A DNA stretch of 64,000 nt, taken from assembly GCF_006345805.1 (NCBI RefSeq), contig NC_043000.1:26660001-26724000 (forward strand), given 5' to 3'. Numbering within the stretch: the stretch's first letter is position 1; each line of letters starts with the position of its first letter. The notes beneath the pieces are model-generated. The model made no database searches. It worked only from the letters and a program-made list of their open reading frames with translations, and was not told where the DNA came from. Shown piece after piece: positions 52,248-64,000 of the stretch. The stretch comes from Octopus sinensis. Lineage: Eukaryota. Made by a program: the position numbers and the translations under genes.

Positions 52248-52757
52248 CATATATATCTATGTATCTATCTATATATATATATCTATATATATATATATAT
52301 AATATATATATATATATATGTATATTTATTTATATACATGCACTTACATCCATACATACATGCACACACAATCACACACAAACACACACACACATATATG
52401 TAGGTGGACGGATATATAACTAGATGGCCACATACGATAGCATTCAAACTGAAATTTTTCATTTAGATATATTTTAATGGGAATTTGTGTATGTAAGCGC
52501 GGACGCACTCACACATACACACACACAAACCCATACACTCACACACACGCACGCGCGCATGTATACATCTGTTAAAATTTTACGACGTTACAAGACCATG
52601 TAGTACAAAAACTGAAAGGATGGCATATTATTAATTTGCCCCCCCCCCAATGCGGAGTGTCTTCGATGCTTCAAGCTGAAACTCTTAGTTACAAGGAAAA
52701 ATGTATAGAGTAAGGGTTGAAAAAAAGGCAATATCGGAGAAAACATCTTGTTTTCAG

Positions 52758-52846
52758 TCAAGTTATGTTGTAAAATGTCGGCGGTCAATCCACCGGAAGT
52801 GAAACAGAACGAAATAGTGATCATACTTACAAGAGCATTAGTGGAG
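52758..52846 (+). other. Candidate exon with a start codon (MSAVNPPEVKQNEIVIILTRALVE), unverified
   Basis: Acceptor-like CTTGTTTTCAG|, AAAATG at 52775, 24 open codons, phase-0 donor GAG|GTAACT; no homolog recognised. Confidence 0.25.
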
Positions 52847-53199
52847 GTAACTGTGTAAATTGTATATGCATGCATGTGTATGCATATGTAGTTTTGAAGG
52901 GGTTCAATAAGTGTGTGCGTTTATTTATCTCTGTGTGTGTGTTCATATTTAAATGAATTGCTCCGCTGCAAACAGATTACAACCAAAAAGTCATACAACT
53001 GTATTACTGCTACAAACTCCACCATGCTGGAAATTAAACGACCCTTCGAATTAAATTAAGTGGTGCATCAAACATTGTTAAAAGAAGTATATATTTGGTA
53101 GATGCATCGATGATATATTCATGCTGCATTTAACTACAAAAAATAAATAAATTCGAAACATCCGTATTTCCGAGTATTACTTAATATAAGGTTACGGAA

Positions 53200-53497
53200 A
53201 GGGTTTCATTTGATCCGCTCAACGGAACAGCCTATTCGTGAAATTAACGTGGAAGTCACTGAGTACTGCACAGACAGTGTACCCTTAACGTAGTTCTTAG
53301 AGCGATTTAGCATGACACAGAGTGTGACTAGCTTGGCTCTTTGTATTACAGGTATAGCTTATTCTTGCGACGTGAGTGGACTGGAGCAACGAGAAATGAA
53401 GTGTCTTGCTGAAGGACTCAACGCACCACCGGAAATTGAACTCATGACCTTGCGATCGTGAGCCGAATACCGTAACCACTAAGACACGCACCTCCAC
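53200..53497 (-). mobile_element. SINE family C variant, degenerate
   Basis: Similar to 3108-3412. Confidence 0.75.
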
Positions 53498-54009
53498 AAG
53501 AATAAAAGTATTATATAACGTGAAAAGCACAAACAGTGTTTAACAACGAAAGTAAACAGGGTTATTCATAGCTCGAAGCAACATATTTTACCTTCTTATT
53601 ACTCCTGCATATAAAGCTTTACACATATACTCTGAGTTTGTCATATTCGATCCTCTGACGATCGGCTCAAGCAACCCTCGATGATTTGCGAAGTTTCAAC
53701 TTCCTACAGAACAATAAGATATACACACATAGAGATGCATACACAGACACATAGGCATGCGCACACATGCATGCACTTACACACACATACATATATGTAT
53801 CTCCACATGGAAAATGCTCTTCTGAAAAGAGACGTCGAAAAATCTTCTTTAATTGGAACTGGAATGCCACAGTTTAGCTTTCTGTCACATTTAGTATGCA
53901 TTTTTTCCCTGACTTTAACCCTCCAACGCAGAGTATAGGCCACTTATAGTTGAATTCCATGTCGCATAATTTTTCGCTTCTGTACTTATACTTTGCTATG
54001 AATGTCCCC

Positions 54010-54440
54010 CTTTCTCTAGTTCCTTTTGTGTTGATCTGCGCCACCAGTTCTTAGGCCTACCTTTTTTTTTATATATCCATCCGAATTCCACTGTAAAGCA
54101 CTTTTCGCTACATTTGGTGTGTCTTTTCTAATTGTGCTACCAATCCACTTCCACTTTTTCTTAAATATTTGCTCCCTAATCGAAACTTGATTTGCTCTTT
54201 GCCATAGCTCCATATTGCTTATGTGTTCAGCCCATCTAATTTTAAGTATACTACGCAAGCATCTGTTAATGAATGATTGTATTTGCTTATTTGACTTAAC
54301 TGTTGTTCGCCATGTCTCAGCCCCATACAATAACACCGCTTTTACGTTAGTGTTAAAAATTCTTATTTCGTTCTTTATTGAAATTACACTTGCGCTCCAT
54401 AGTTTTAACATACGCATACCAGGAAACAACAATGAAACGT
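54010..54440 (-). mobile_element. RTE-clade LINE fragment (post-RT region)
   Basis: KLWSASVISIKNEIRIFNTNVKAVLLYGAETW...IQSFINRCLRSILKIRW...ISNMELWQR...KKKWKWIG. Confidence 0.85.
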
Positions 54441-55699
54441 CCTCTCTCTAGCTTTGAACATGCTGCCATCTTCTCTACAAATGCTGCTTGTAGAAACATT
54501 CAATGAACTAGCGGTAGCCGGTGATGTCATGTGAACTCATTTTTGTTCCACCGAATCCCTGAATCAATGATGATTCCCTTTTGATGTTTCACAAAATATT
54601 TCATTAAATAAATCTTGAAAATGTGATCTTTGCATGTTTACGCTTTCTCTAAGTTGATTGCATCTCATCAATGTAATGCAAATAGATTATATTACGATTG
54701 GTATCAGCGAACGTGGAATGTTTGTAGGATCCAGATCAATAAGGACTGCTAACCGATTTCGATTCTCATTTGGAATCGATACAGTTATGCCACTAATTTC
54801 TTTAATAAATGTATGAAGGATATAATGTAATTGTAACATGCGTTCCTAATTGTTAAAGATCAGAAAATCGGTCACTTTTTATAATGATCTTAAACTCAGT
54901 AAAACCGAAGGAAGCGTTACAAATAATAGTGCATGATCAGCTTTTATTGTGGGGTCGGGAAAGAATGATGAATGTAGTCGAGTCAAAACAGATTGATGAG
55001 TGAATATCACATCTATATTCAAATTCTAGCAATGACTGATTTAAGCTTCCAGAGACCCGGTGTCATTAAAAATAAATTGTGTTTGCATAGAGACGTAGAA
55101 ATTTCCATCATGTTAAGTTTATGAGTGACCCTATCACTTTGGACATGCTTCCTCTAGGTTAGATGTCTGCTCGATAAAGCCAACCAAGTCTACGAACTTT
55201 TACCTCGTTCCTTATCCTCAAATGACATCGTCCATTCACGCACAATTGAACAGTAAGTCAACTAATTTCAAGTTTGATGTTGTAAAACTTTCGCCAGATA
55301 TTGATTTATGTATAAATCACATTTATTCTAATTTCTACACGAAAGAGATCATCACGAAGAAATATTTTTTAACTCCTCTCTTCTCGCTCCATCCTCACCA
55401 CTTCACGATTCAACATTATTTTCATACCATTGACATCAGGATTAGATCTGGTTGCGTTTAGCTTATCTATTTGTAATCTCGTTTTCACTAACTTCTGAAC
55501 TCACCAGACTTCTGTCCTTCAACAACAACCTGATCTTAATTAAACTAATACTAACCTCTGTCTGATGGACACCACAATAATACCGCAGTGGATAGGATTC
55601 TTTTTGTAGTTGGAAAAAAATTGCTGGTCGTCGCGTTGACTGCTGTTTCAATAGAAATTCTTCTAATCAAGGATAGTCTATATCTTTATAATCTTCGAT

Positions 55700-55725
55700 A
55701 TTATTATTATTATTATTATCATCAT

Positions 55726-55758
<33 letters not shown>

Positions 55759-55940
55759 TATTATTATTATTATAACGATCATATTCATCTGTTCTTCTTC
55801 GCTCTTACACAATGGTTATCTGAAATCTTGAGAAGAGTCAGACACTGACGCCATCTGCTGGAAGGAGAGAAAACCATTTCATTTTACATTATAATTGAGT
55901 GTCATTAATAACAACATCAGTAATGATGATGATGATGATG

Positions 55941-55971
<31 letters not shown>

Positions 55972-56049
55972 TAATAATAATAATAATAATAATGATGATG
56001 TTGATAATTGTGATGATGATGATGATGATGATGATGTTGAGGATGATGA

Positions 56050-56128
<79 letters not shown>

Positions 56129-56140
56129 AAGAAGAAGAAG
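55700..56140 (+). repeat. (TAT)n, then compound (GAT)n/(AAT)n/(AAG)n microsatellites
   Basis: Direct arrays at 55700-55775 and 55920-56140. Confidence 0.9.
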
Positions 56141-56710
56141 AATGGTAGTAATTTTAAATTTTGGAGCTAGGCCAGCAATTTCTGGGGAGTAAGTCAATAT
56201 TTCGGCCTCACTGTTTAACTGGTACTTATTTTATCGAACCCGAAGGATGAAATGCAAAGTCTACCTCGGGGGGTTTTGAACTCCGAACATAAAGAGGGAC
56301 GAAATACTGCTATGCATTTTGCACGGCGTGCTACAAGTTTTGACGTCTCACCGCTTTAATAATAATAATTATGGTTTCAGATTTTGCTACAAGGGCAGCA
56401 AATGGGGGTGGGGTGTTAAGTCCATTACATCGACCCCAGCGTTCAACTGGTACTTATTTTATCGACCCCGAGAAGATGAAAGGCAAAGTCGACCTCAGCG
56501 GAATTTGAAATCAGAACGTAATGGCAGACGAAATACCGATAAGCATTTCGCCCGGTGTGCAAACGATTCTGCAAGCTCGCCGCCTCATGGTTTCAAATTT
56601 TTCCACGAGGGCAGCAGTTTTGAGGGAGGGGATAAATTGATTAAATTGATCTCAGTGTTTCACTGGTACTTAATTTATCGACCCCGAGAGGATGAAAAGC
56701 AAAGACGACT
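56140..56710 (-). mobile_element. Three stacked SINE family A copies
   Basis: Family core at ~56220, 56450 and 56660. Confidence 0.8.
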
Positions 56711-56719
56711 TTGGATGAA

Positions 56720-59390
56720 ACCAATAAGCTGTCCATAGCCTGTCTACCCTATATGAAAGACCTCTCGAAAAGATGCAAAATATATTCGGCCCATACGATA
56801 TTAGGACAGTTAGTCAAGTTATTCAATAAAATTATGCGAAATCCTACGAGAAATCCTGATTATTTAGCAAGAGGTATTACTTACCTACTGCCGAATTTCT
56901 CTTAAACTATCGGCCCCATAACATGTCTATCTACTACGTGTAAAATGTTTACAACCATTCTCATGGAGAAAACAGAAATTTATGCAGCAGAACGATATTT
57001 TCCCCTCCGAACAAAAAGGGTGTCGACGAGGCTCATATGGATGCAAACATCAACATCTAATCAATCGCATGATCCTTGAGAACTGTCATAGCAAATGCAG
57101 AAATCTCAGTTCCGCATGGATTGATTATAAAAAGGCCTTTGACAATATACCGCATTCATGGATCTTGAAATCGCTGGATACCTTCAAAATTTCTTCCGTG
57201 ATATCAAACTTCCTGAAGCACAACATGTCAGTGTGGAATACGAATCTCCAATTATACCGCTGTAATGACCACAAAAATTAACAATATGATTTGCGTCATT
57301 TTCCAAAGTGACTCACTCTCACTTACAAATGGACTTAATAGAAGAGGGTATGGGTATATAATTGGCGACAGGAAAATAAGTCATCTATTTTATGTGGATG
57401 ACTTAAAATTCTATGGGAAAGACAATAACGAGCATGAAAGACTCCTACAATCTGTGAAAGCACTCAGGGATGACATCGGAATTTGCTCTTGATAAATGTA
57501 CCAAGGCCATTTTCCAGAAAGGGAAACTGAAGACCTCACATTCAATGGTGTTGGATGTTGACAGTTTTAAAAGAACTCGAGCAGGAACAACTTTACAAAT
57601 ACCTCGGAATTAATGAGGACTCTGGCATTCAGAATGCAAGCATGAAAGAGAAGATCAGGAAGGAATGTTACATGAGAGTTCGAGCAGTCCTAAAATCCGT
57701 GTTAAATGCACATAACAAGGTTAACTATAAATTCCTTAGCAGTTTCGGTTGTTATTTACATTTTCAATATGTTGAACTGGAATATGTGCGATATAAGAAA
57801 GAATGACTGGGAAATCTGTAAGCTGCTGGCTTGCAATAAGATGCATCACCCAGAAGCAGATGCAGATCGTCTTTACCCACCCAGAGTTCAAGGAGGTCGA
57901 AACGAAAACCAATTTGAAATCTCTTACAAAACTACCACAATTGGACTGGCAAAATATCTTGAAACATCTAACGACAGGTTGCAAAAGCTCGTTGAAAACC
58001 ACGAGAAACGTAAAAAGCTTTATTCTGTTATGAAAGAGAGCAACATATTTTCTAGTGAGTTTATGCATAATACCCAGATTGAACAGCATGATGGAAGCGC
58101 AGCGACTGTAGTTGCAAAGAAGGTAAAGTCAATAGCAAAGCAAAACGCGTTTGAGCAATTGGCCGATAGGTGGGAACAAAAACCTCTGCGTTGTCAAATA
58201 TCTAGTCCGTAGCAAACAAGATGATGGAGACTAGAAGCTCACCCATCAGTGGCAACGGAGCTTAGGGGTAAAGGCAGAGTGTGAAGGCTTTATCTTGCCT
58301 GCTCAAGATCAGAGCTTACTGGCCCGGAGCTATCAAGATCAGAGCTTATTGACCTGGGGCTACCAAACTGCGAATACTACAACGATGGGATTGAAACAGT
58401 GGACTACCTAATATCTGGGTGTCAGGTGTTAGCACCTGTAGAGTGCAAATCAAGACATGACAGAGCTGGTCAATATCTACATTGTATAACGTGTCAGCAT
58501 TATAAATTCTAAACTACTGTCAAATCGTACAAGCACCAGCCTGAGACTGTAACTGGAGGAGGAAATACAATGACTCTTTGTGACTTCCCAGGATGTACAG
58601 ACCGTACCTTCAAATCAAATAAACCAGACCTTGTGAAAGATCAAAACAATAAAGTGTTTATTGATTGACATGAGCATATTCTGTGACTATAATATCTCGG
58701 TAAAAGAAGTTGATAAGCTCAGAAAATATAAAGATTTGCTAATCGAAATCGAAAAGATGTGGCATCTCAAGACGGTTACGATACCAGTAAAATATTACAA
58801 TACCAGTAAGGCGGCGAGCTAGCAGAATCGTTAGCACGTCGGGCGAAATGCTTAGCGGTATTTCAGCTGCCGTTACGTTGTGAGTTCAAATTCAGCCGAG
58901 GTCAACTTTGCCTTTCATCCTTTCGGGGTCGATAAATTAAGTACCAGTTAAGCACTGGGGTCGATATGATCGACTTAATACCTATGTCTGTCCATGTTTG
59001 TCCCCTCTATGTTTAGCCCCTTGTGGGTAATAAAGAAATAGGTTACAATACCAGTGATTGTAGGAGCGCTTGGAATGATCAAAAAGGGAACTGAAAATTA
59101 TCTAAGAATGACCCCTGTCTTATCATTCATACAGGAAGTGCAAAAGATTGTCTTAACTGGTATGTCACATGTATTGGGAAGAGCATTGTCGCTGTGAATT
59201 TTCTTTCCTTCTTTGTCCTTTGTATTCTTTGTTAACTTTTTATTTTTTTTTCCTTGTTCTCTCTGTCTTTCTTCCCCTTTTCTCTATCACATGACTTTGT
59301 AAATGAACAATCTAGTGTGTTTATTTTAATGGCGTACGAATGTATACAGTGCGTTTCTCTGCACTAGGTGTCAGGAAGACGCCTTAGAGA
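56720..59390 (+). mobile_element. R4/Dong-like LINE, 5'-truncated and decayed (RT, CCHC, RLE, 3' UTR)
   Basis: NYRPITCL, EQKGCRRGSYGCKHQ, AWIDYKKAFDNIPHSW, SHLFYVDDLK, YKYLGI, AQDQSL, LRKYKDLLIEIEKMWHLKTVTIPVIVGALG. Confidence 0.92.
58808..59042 (+). mobile_element. SINE family A inserted in the R4-like LINE, with a TSD
   Basis: TTACAATACCAGT at 58795-58807 and 59043-59055. Confidence 0.9.
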
Positions 59391-59611
59391 AATCATATAT
59401 GTTATCTATTGGGTTCGTAGCATTTATTGCACCTGAACAATACTAGTTTGAAGGACAGAGGGTAGGACCAGCTCTACATAAGTCAGGCCCAGTTTATTAA
59501 TATTCAACCCACAAGCTATTTAGCAAACCTAGACACCAACACCAATACCAAAGCCATCACACTTCTTCATAAGTCGAGTGGAGATAAGGACAGAGAGAAA
59601 AGGATCATGTA

Positions 59612-60032
59612 CTCTTACTCATTTTACTCTTTTACTTGTTTCAGTCAATTGACTGTGGCCATGCTGGAGCACTACCTTTTAATCGAGCAAATCGACCCCA
59701 GGACTTATTATTTGGAAACCTAGTACTTTTTTACCGGTTACTTTTGTCGAACCGCTAAGTTACGGGAACGTAAACACACCAGCATCGGTTGTCAAGCGAT
59801 GTTGTGGGGACAAACACAGACACACAAACATATACACACACATACATATATATATATATACATATATACGACGGGCTTCTTTCAGTTTCCGTTTACCAAA
59901 TCCACTCACAAGGCTTTGGTCGGCCCGCGGCTATAGTAGAAGACACTTGCCCAAGGTGCCACGCAGTGAGACTGAACCCGGAACCATGTGATTCGTAAGT
60001 AAGCTACTTACCACACAACCACTCCTACGCCT
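59612..60032 (-). mobile_element. SINE family B, full length
   Basis: Reverse complement of head, body and tail. Confidence 0.9.
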
Positions 60033-60368
60033 ATGTAGATAATCTTCCTGGAAATCTTCAACTTTGACCCTGCCGTTAGACAGCAATATAATAATGGTGT
60101 TTTCCAGAGACTCAATCTAAAACCCTTTTGCAGCTGTGTATTCCCCCAACTCTCATTCACCGAAACCTTGAGAGAGTCCACTGCTGTGGGCAGGTATTTC
60201 TTTTTAATTACGGAGATGTACTCACAATTATCTAGCAAGTGATTCGGTCACAGGCCGTGTATTGAAATTAAAATAATTTCAGTGTAGGAGACACATATTT
60301 GCCAGTCAAGCAAATGCACGCACGCACACACACACACACGCACACACACACATGCGCACACACACAAC

Positions 60369-60716
60369 TGGAACTCCGTCGGTTACGACGACATGGGTTC
60401 CGGTTGATCCAATGACCGGAACAGCCTGCTCATGAAATAAACGTGCAAGTGGCTGAGCACTCCACAGACACGTGTACCCTTAACGTAGTAATCAGGGAGA
60501 TTCAGCATGACACAGATTGTGACAAGGCTGGCCCCTTTGAAATACAGATGAAACAGAAACAAGGAAGAAAGAGGGCGAGAAAGTTGTGGTGAAAGAATGC
60601 AACAGCGTTCACCACCCCTACTACACCCTGTTGGAGCCACGTGGAGCTTAAAGGTGTTTTCACTCAATAAACACCTACAATGCCCGCTGCCCTAACCACT
60701 GGGTCATTGCGCCTCG
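60369..60716 (-). mobile_element. SINE family C, diverged
   Basis: Similar to 2688-3070, with a deletion in the head. Confidence 0.85.
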
Positions 60717-60984
60717 ACACACACACACACACACATGCATACACACAGACACAGACACACAGACACACACACACACACACACACACACTCAACTCTTGTT
60801 GAGTTCACTGAATACATTTGACACCAAATACTAACAGTTTATGCGAAGTGATCAGGTTTTGTATTTTTTAACAATTAATATATTTTAAAAATCAATCCCT
60901 CTTACTTTCTGAAGGATTTAAATTGAAAAATTCAAGATAGTAAAGAACTTATATCACTGTTTCCTTTTTTGTGGTTTACAATAT

Positions 60985-61400
60985 ATTTCTTTATTGCCCA
61001 CAAGGCGCTAAGCATAAAGGGGTCAAACAAGGACAGACAAACGGATTAAGTCGATTACATCGACCCCAGTGCGAAACTGGTACTTTATTTATCGTCCCCG
61101 AAAGGATGAAAGGCAAAGTCGACCTCGGCGGAATTTGAACTCAGAACGTAACGACAGACGAAATACCTATTTCTTTATTACCCACATTTCTTTATTACAC
61201 ACAGAGGGGACAAACAAGGACAGACATAGGTATTAAGTCGATTACATCGACCCCAGTGGGTAACTGGTACTTAATTTATCGACCCCGAAAGGATGAAAGG
61301 CAAAGTCGACCTCGGCGGAATTTGAACTCAGAACGTAACGACAAACGAAATACCGCTAAGCATTTCGCCCGGCTTTCTAACGTGTCTGTCAGCTCGCCGT
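60985..61400 (-). mobile_element. SINE family A, head plus two units
   Basis: Same junction as 969-1569. Confidence 0.9.
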
Positions 61401-61614
61401 CTTCTTTGTGGTTTACAATAACGACCTTAATCTTCTCACTGGTGGTTGCTGATTATAGTAATTGCAATTGTGCATTTGATGAGTCTGGACGCAAGGGGAA
61501 GACTCCTTAATCTTTTGAGGCTCTCTGAAAGTGGTGAAAATGATGCCGTTAATACTCAATACATGCAGTAAGGACACGAGAATGAGGAGATTCCTGTGGG
61601 CCGATATTCTGCGG

Positions 61615-62205
61615 AACGGTTTCAAATTTTGGCACAAGGCCAGCCATTTCTGGAGAGAGTGAAGTCGACTGGCACTTATTTTATCGACTCTGAAAGAATG
61701 AAAAGCAATGTTGACCTTGGTGGAATTTCAACTCAGAACATAAAAGACGGAGGAAATGCCTTTAAGGATTTTAGCCTGCACCCTGACGACTCTGCCAGCT
61801 TGCCGCCTTTCTGAAACTAAATAATTATTTCTACGCTAGGGGAAGGGGGATAGCTGATTACACCAACCCCAGTGCGTAACTGGTAGTTATTTCATCGACC
61901 CTGAAAGGATGAAATGCAAAGTCGACCTCGGCAGAATTTGAACTCAGAACGTAACAGCAGACAAAATACATATTTCTTTACTACCCACAAGGGGCTAAAC
62001 ACAGAGAGGACAAACAAGGACAGACAAACGGATTAAGTCGATTACATCAACCCCAGTGCGTAACTGGTACTTAATTTATCGATCCCGAAAGGATGAAAGG
62101 CAAAGTCGACCTCGGCGGAATTTGAACTCGGAACGTAACGGCAGACGAAATACGGCTACGCTTTTCGCCCGGTGTGCTAACGTTTCTGCCGGCTCGCTGC
62201 CCTCC
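61615..62205 (-). mobile_element. SINE family A copies (degenerate 61615-61810; head plus two units 61820-62205)
   Basis: Family core three times. Confidence 0.85.
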
Positions 62206-63027
62206 TGGGACAAAATAATGAGAACTATATAAAGTACACTCGAATCAACGATAAAGTTCCTTTACCATCATCCTAAGTTATTAGATATAGCAGCTTATTC
62301 ACCCTCGATTTACACCCAGGTATATTTCTAATAGGAGGAATAAACTGGGAAATATAATAATAAACCTACCATGAATGAAAAAAGCATTTCCGTCAACGGG
62401 GTGGTCATCACTGAACAGTGAAGAACAGCGTAAACGCAAAGTAACGAGTTCTTCTACGTGGCCGATCAAATTGCTAGAAATGGCTGCAAAATCCTCCTCG
62501 AATTACAAATTGTTTTGTTAGAAATATTAAGTATATTGATAGTAGATATGTAGTGCTTGAAAAAATAGAAAAAAAAGACAAAATAAACTCGAATGGAATG
62601 CAATTTGATCCTAAAACTGCTTGATCAACGCTGACATAGAATTAAAAAAAAAACAGCAATATGAATATTTATTTTACATGCAAATTAGTTGATTATCGTT
62701 TCTTGTACAGGTCACGTAGTTTAAATTTGCAAGGGAAGGAGAAACAAGCCATTACCACAAAAAGAGGGCAATCGTGTTGTAAGGGGAGTAAAATCGATCG
62801 AAACTGAATCATTAGTCTGTCTTGAAATCGGTTCGTTCGTGGGTTGACCTCTATTATATATTTCTGGTTGGTTCTACTTAATTACAGCTGTATATTATGC
62901 AGGAATGCAGGCCGTGTGGTTGGTCACATTGGTAAAAAAGACTAAAAGGATTAAATGTATTTTTTTCTAAAACCTATTGGTATTCAGTTTAAATTATGTC
63001 CACGCCAATCAAATTATGCCGGAAATC

Positions 63028-63746
63028 GGATCTTTACCATTTGACCTACAGATTTAAAAAATAATTTTTTGTAATTAAACACTTTCAAACTTCGGACATT
63101 GGTAGACTGTGTCATATAAAACAGCTTTTACTCTTAGCGTTTTGGAGAAAAACTTATATTTACGAAGTTATTTCACGTGAAAGTTCTCATATTTTGGTAA
63201 TTTCAACCAATCAATGACGTGTATTCAGCTGAATAAAATTACTGTTGTTGTTTGTCAACAACTATCGGCAGTATATTTTTTGTTTGTCACTGTTATTTAT
63301 GACACCATTTGTGCGTTTGTACTAGTTTTAAGGTTTTAGAGTTGGGGTTTTAGGGTTAGGGTTTAGGGTTAGTGTTAGGGTTAGGGTTTATAGTTAGGGT
63401 TAGAGTTTTAGGGTTAGGATTAGGGTTAGGATTTTAGGGCTAGGGTTAGGGAATTAGGGTTGGGGGTTGTCATAAATAATAGTGACAAACAAAGTATACA
63501 CAGCAGGAAGTTCTTGTTGACAAACAACAGCAGTAATTTTATTTAGCTGAATACACGTCATTGATTGATTTAAATTACCGTAATAGAAGAACTTTAACGT
63601 GAAATAACTTCGTAAATATATGTTTTTCTTAAAAATGCTAAGAGTAAAAGATTTTTATACGACACATTATACCAGTATCCGAAGTTTGAAAGTGTTTAGT
63701 TACAAAAAATTATTTTTTAAAACTGTCGGTCAAAAGGTAAAGATCC
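63028..63746. mobile_element. Long-TIR non-autonomous DNA transposon (foldback) with a TTAGGG-like core
   Basis: ~280-bp inverted arms starting GGATCTTTACC and ending GGTAAAGATCC; flanking direct repeat CGGAAATC at 63020-63027 and 63747-63754. Confidence 0.9.
63330..63466 (+). repeat. Degenerate telomere-like (TTAGGG)n tract
   Basis: TTAGGGTTAGGGTTTAGGGTTAGTGTTAGGG... Confidence 0.85.
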
Positions 63747-63916
63747 CGGAAATCTTTTAAGGGTTCATGAAATTAGTACAACTAATAACTTTCCTATGCA
63801 GGTACAAGGCCTGATATTTTGGGGAAGGAAGCTGATTGATTGCGTTGATTCCAGTGTTCAAAGGTATTAATTTCATCGAACTCCAAAGGATGAAATGCAA
63901 AGCTGGATAATTCGTG

Positions 63917-64000
63917 AAGGAGTGGCTGTGTGGTGAGTAGCTTGCTTACCAACCACATGGTTCCGAGTTCAGTCCTATTGCGTGGCATCTTGGGTAAGTA
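63917..64000 (+). mobile_element. SINE family B head, cut by the window end
   Basis: AGGAGTGGCTGTGTGGTGAGTAGCTTGCTTACCAACCACATGGTTCCGAGTTCAGTCC. Confidence 0.85.

Noticed and set aside
53655-53700. CTGACGA motif
   Set aside because: No stem II, GAAA or stem I.
58305-58365. 30-bp tandem duplication CAAGATCAGAGCTTA...
   Set aside because: An ordinary small duplication inside a dead LINE.
63330-63466. True telomere or chromosome-fusion scar
   Set aside because: Short, degenerate, single orientation, and enclosed by TIRs with a TSD.

Overview
AT-rich eukaryotic, intergenic or intronic DNA. It is almost certainly octopus/cephalopod, inferred from the tRNA-derived SINE families and the very heavy (TA)n/(AC)n/(AAT)n microsatellite load. 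I found no recognisable host protein-coding gene. Most ORF-track entries are translated microsatellites; the recognisable proteins are decayed transposon proteins (RTE, CR1-like, R4/Dong-like, Neptune-type Penelope, Chapaev3-like, Tc1/mariner). The window also holds dozens of SINE copies from several families, non-autonomous Helitrons, a piggyBac-type MITE, and a long-TIR foldback element with a TTAGGG core. The most notable signal is not in the ORF track: five minimal type I hammerhead ribozyme motifs from three unrelated element families. Three identical copies lie in a non-coding foldback Penelope-like element, one lies in the inverted terminal repeat of a Neptune element, and one degenerate copy lies in a composite tRNA-headed SINE-like element. 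Family names come from remembered motifs, not database searches. Coordinates are hand-counted; the boundaries of degenerate repeats are approximate.
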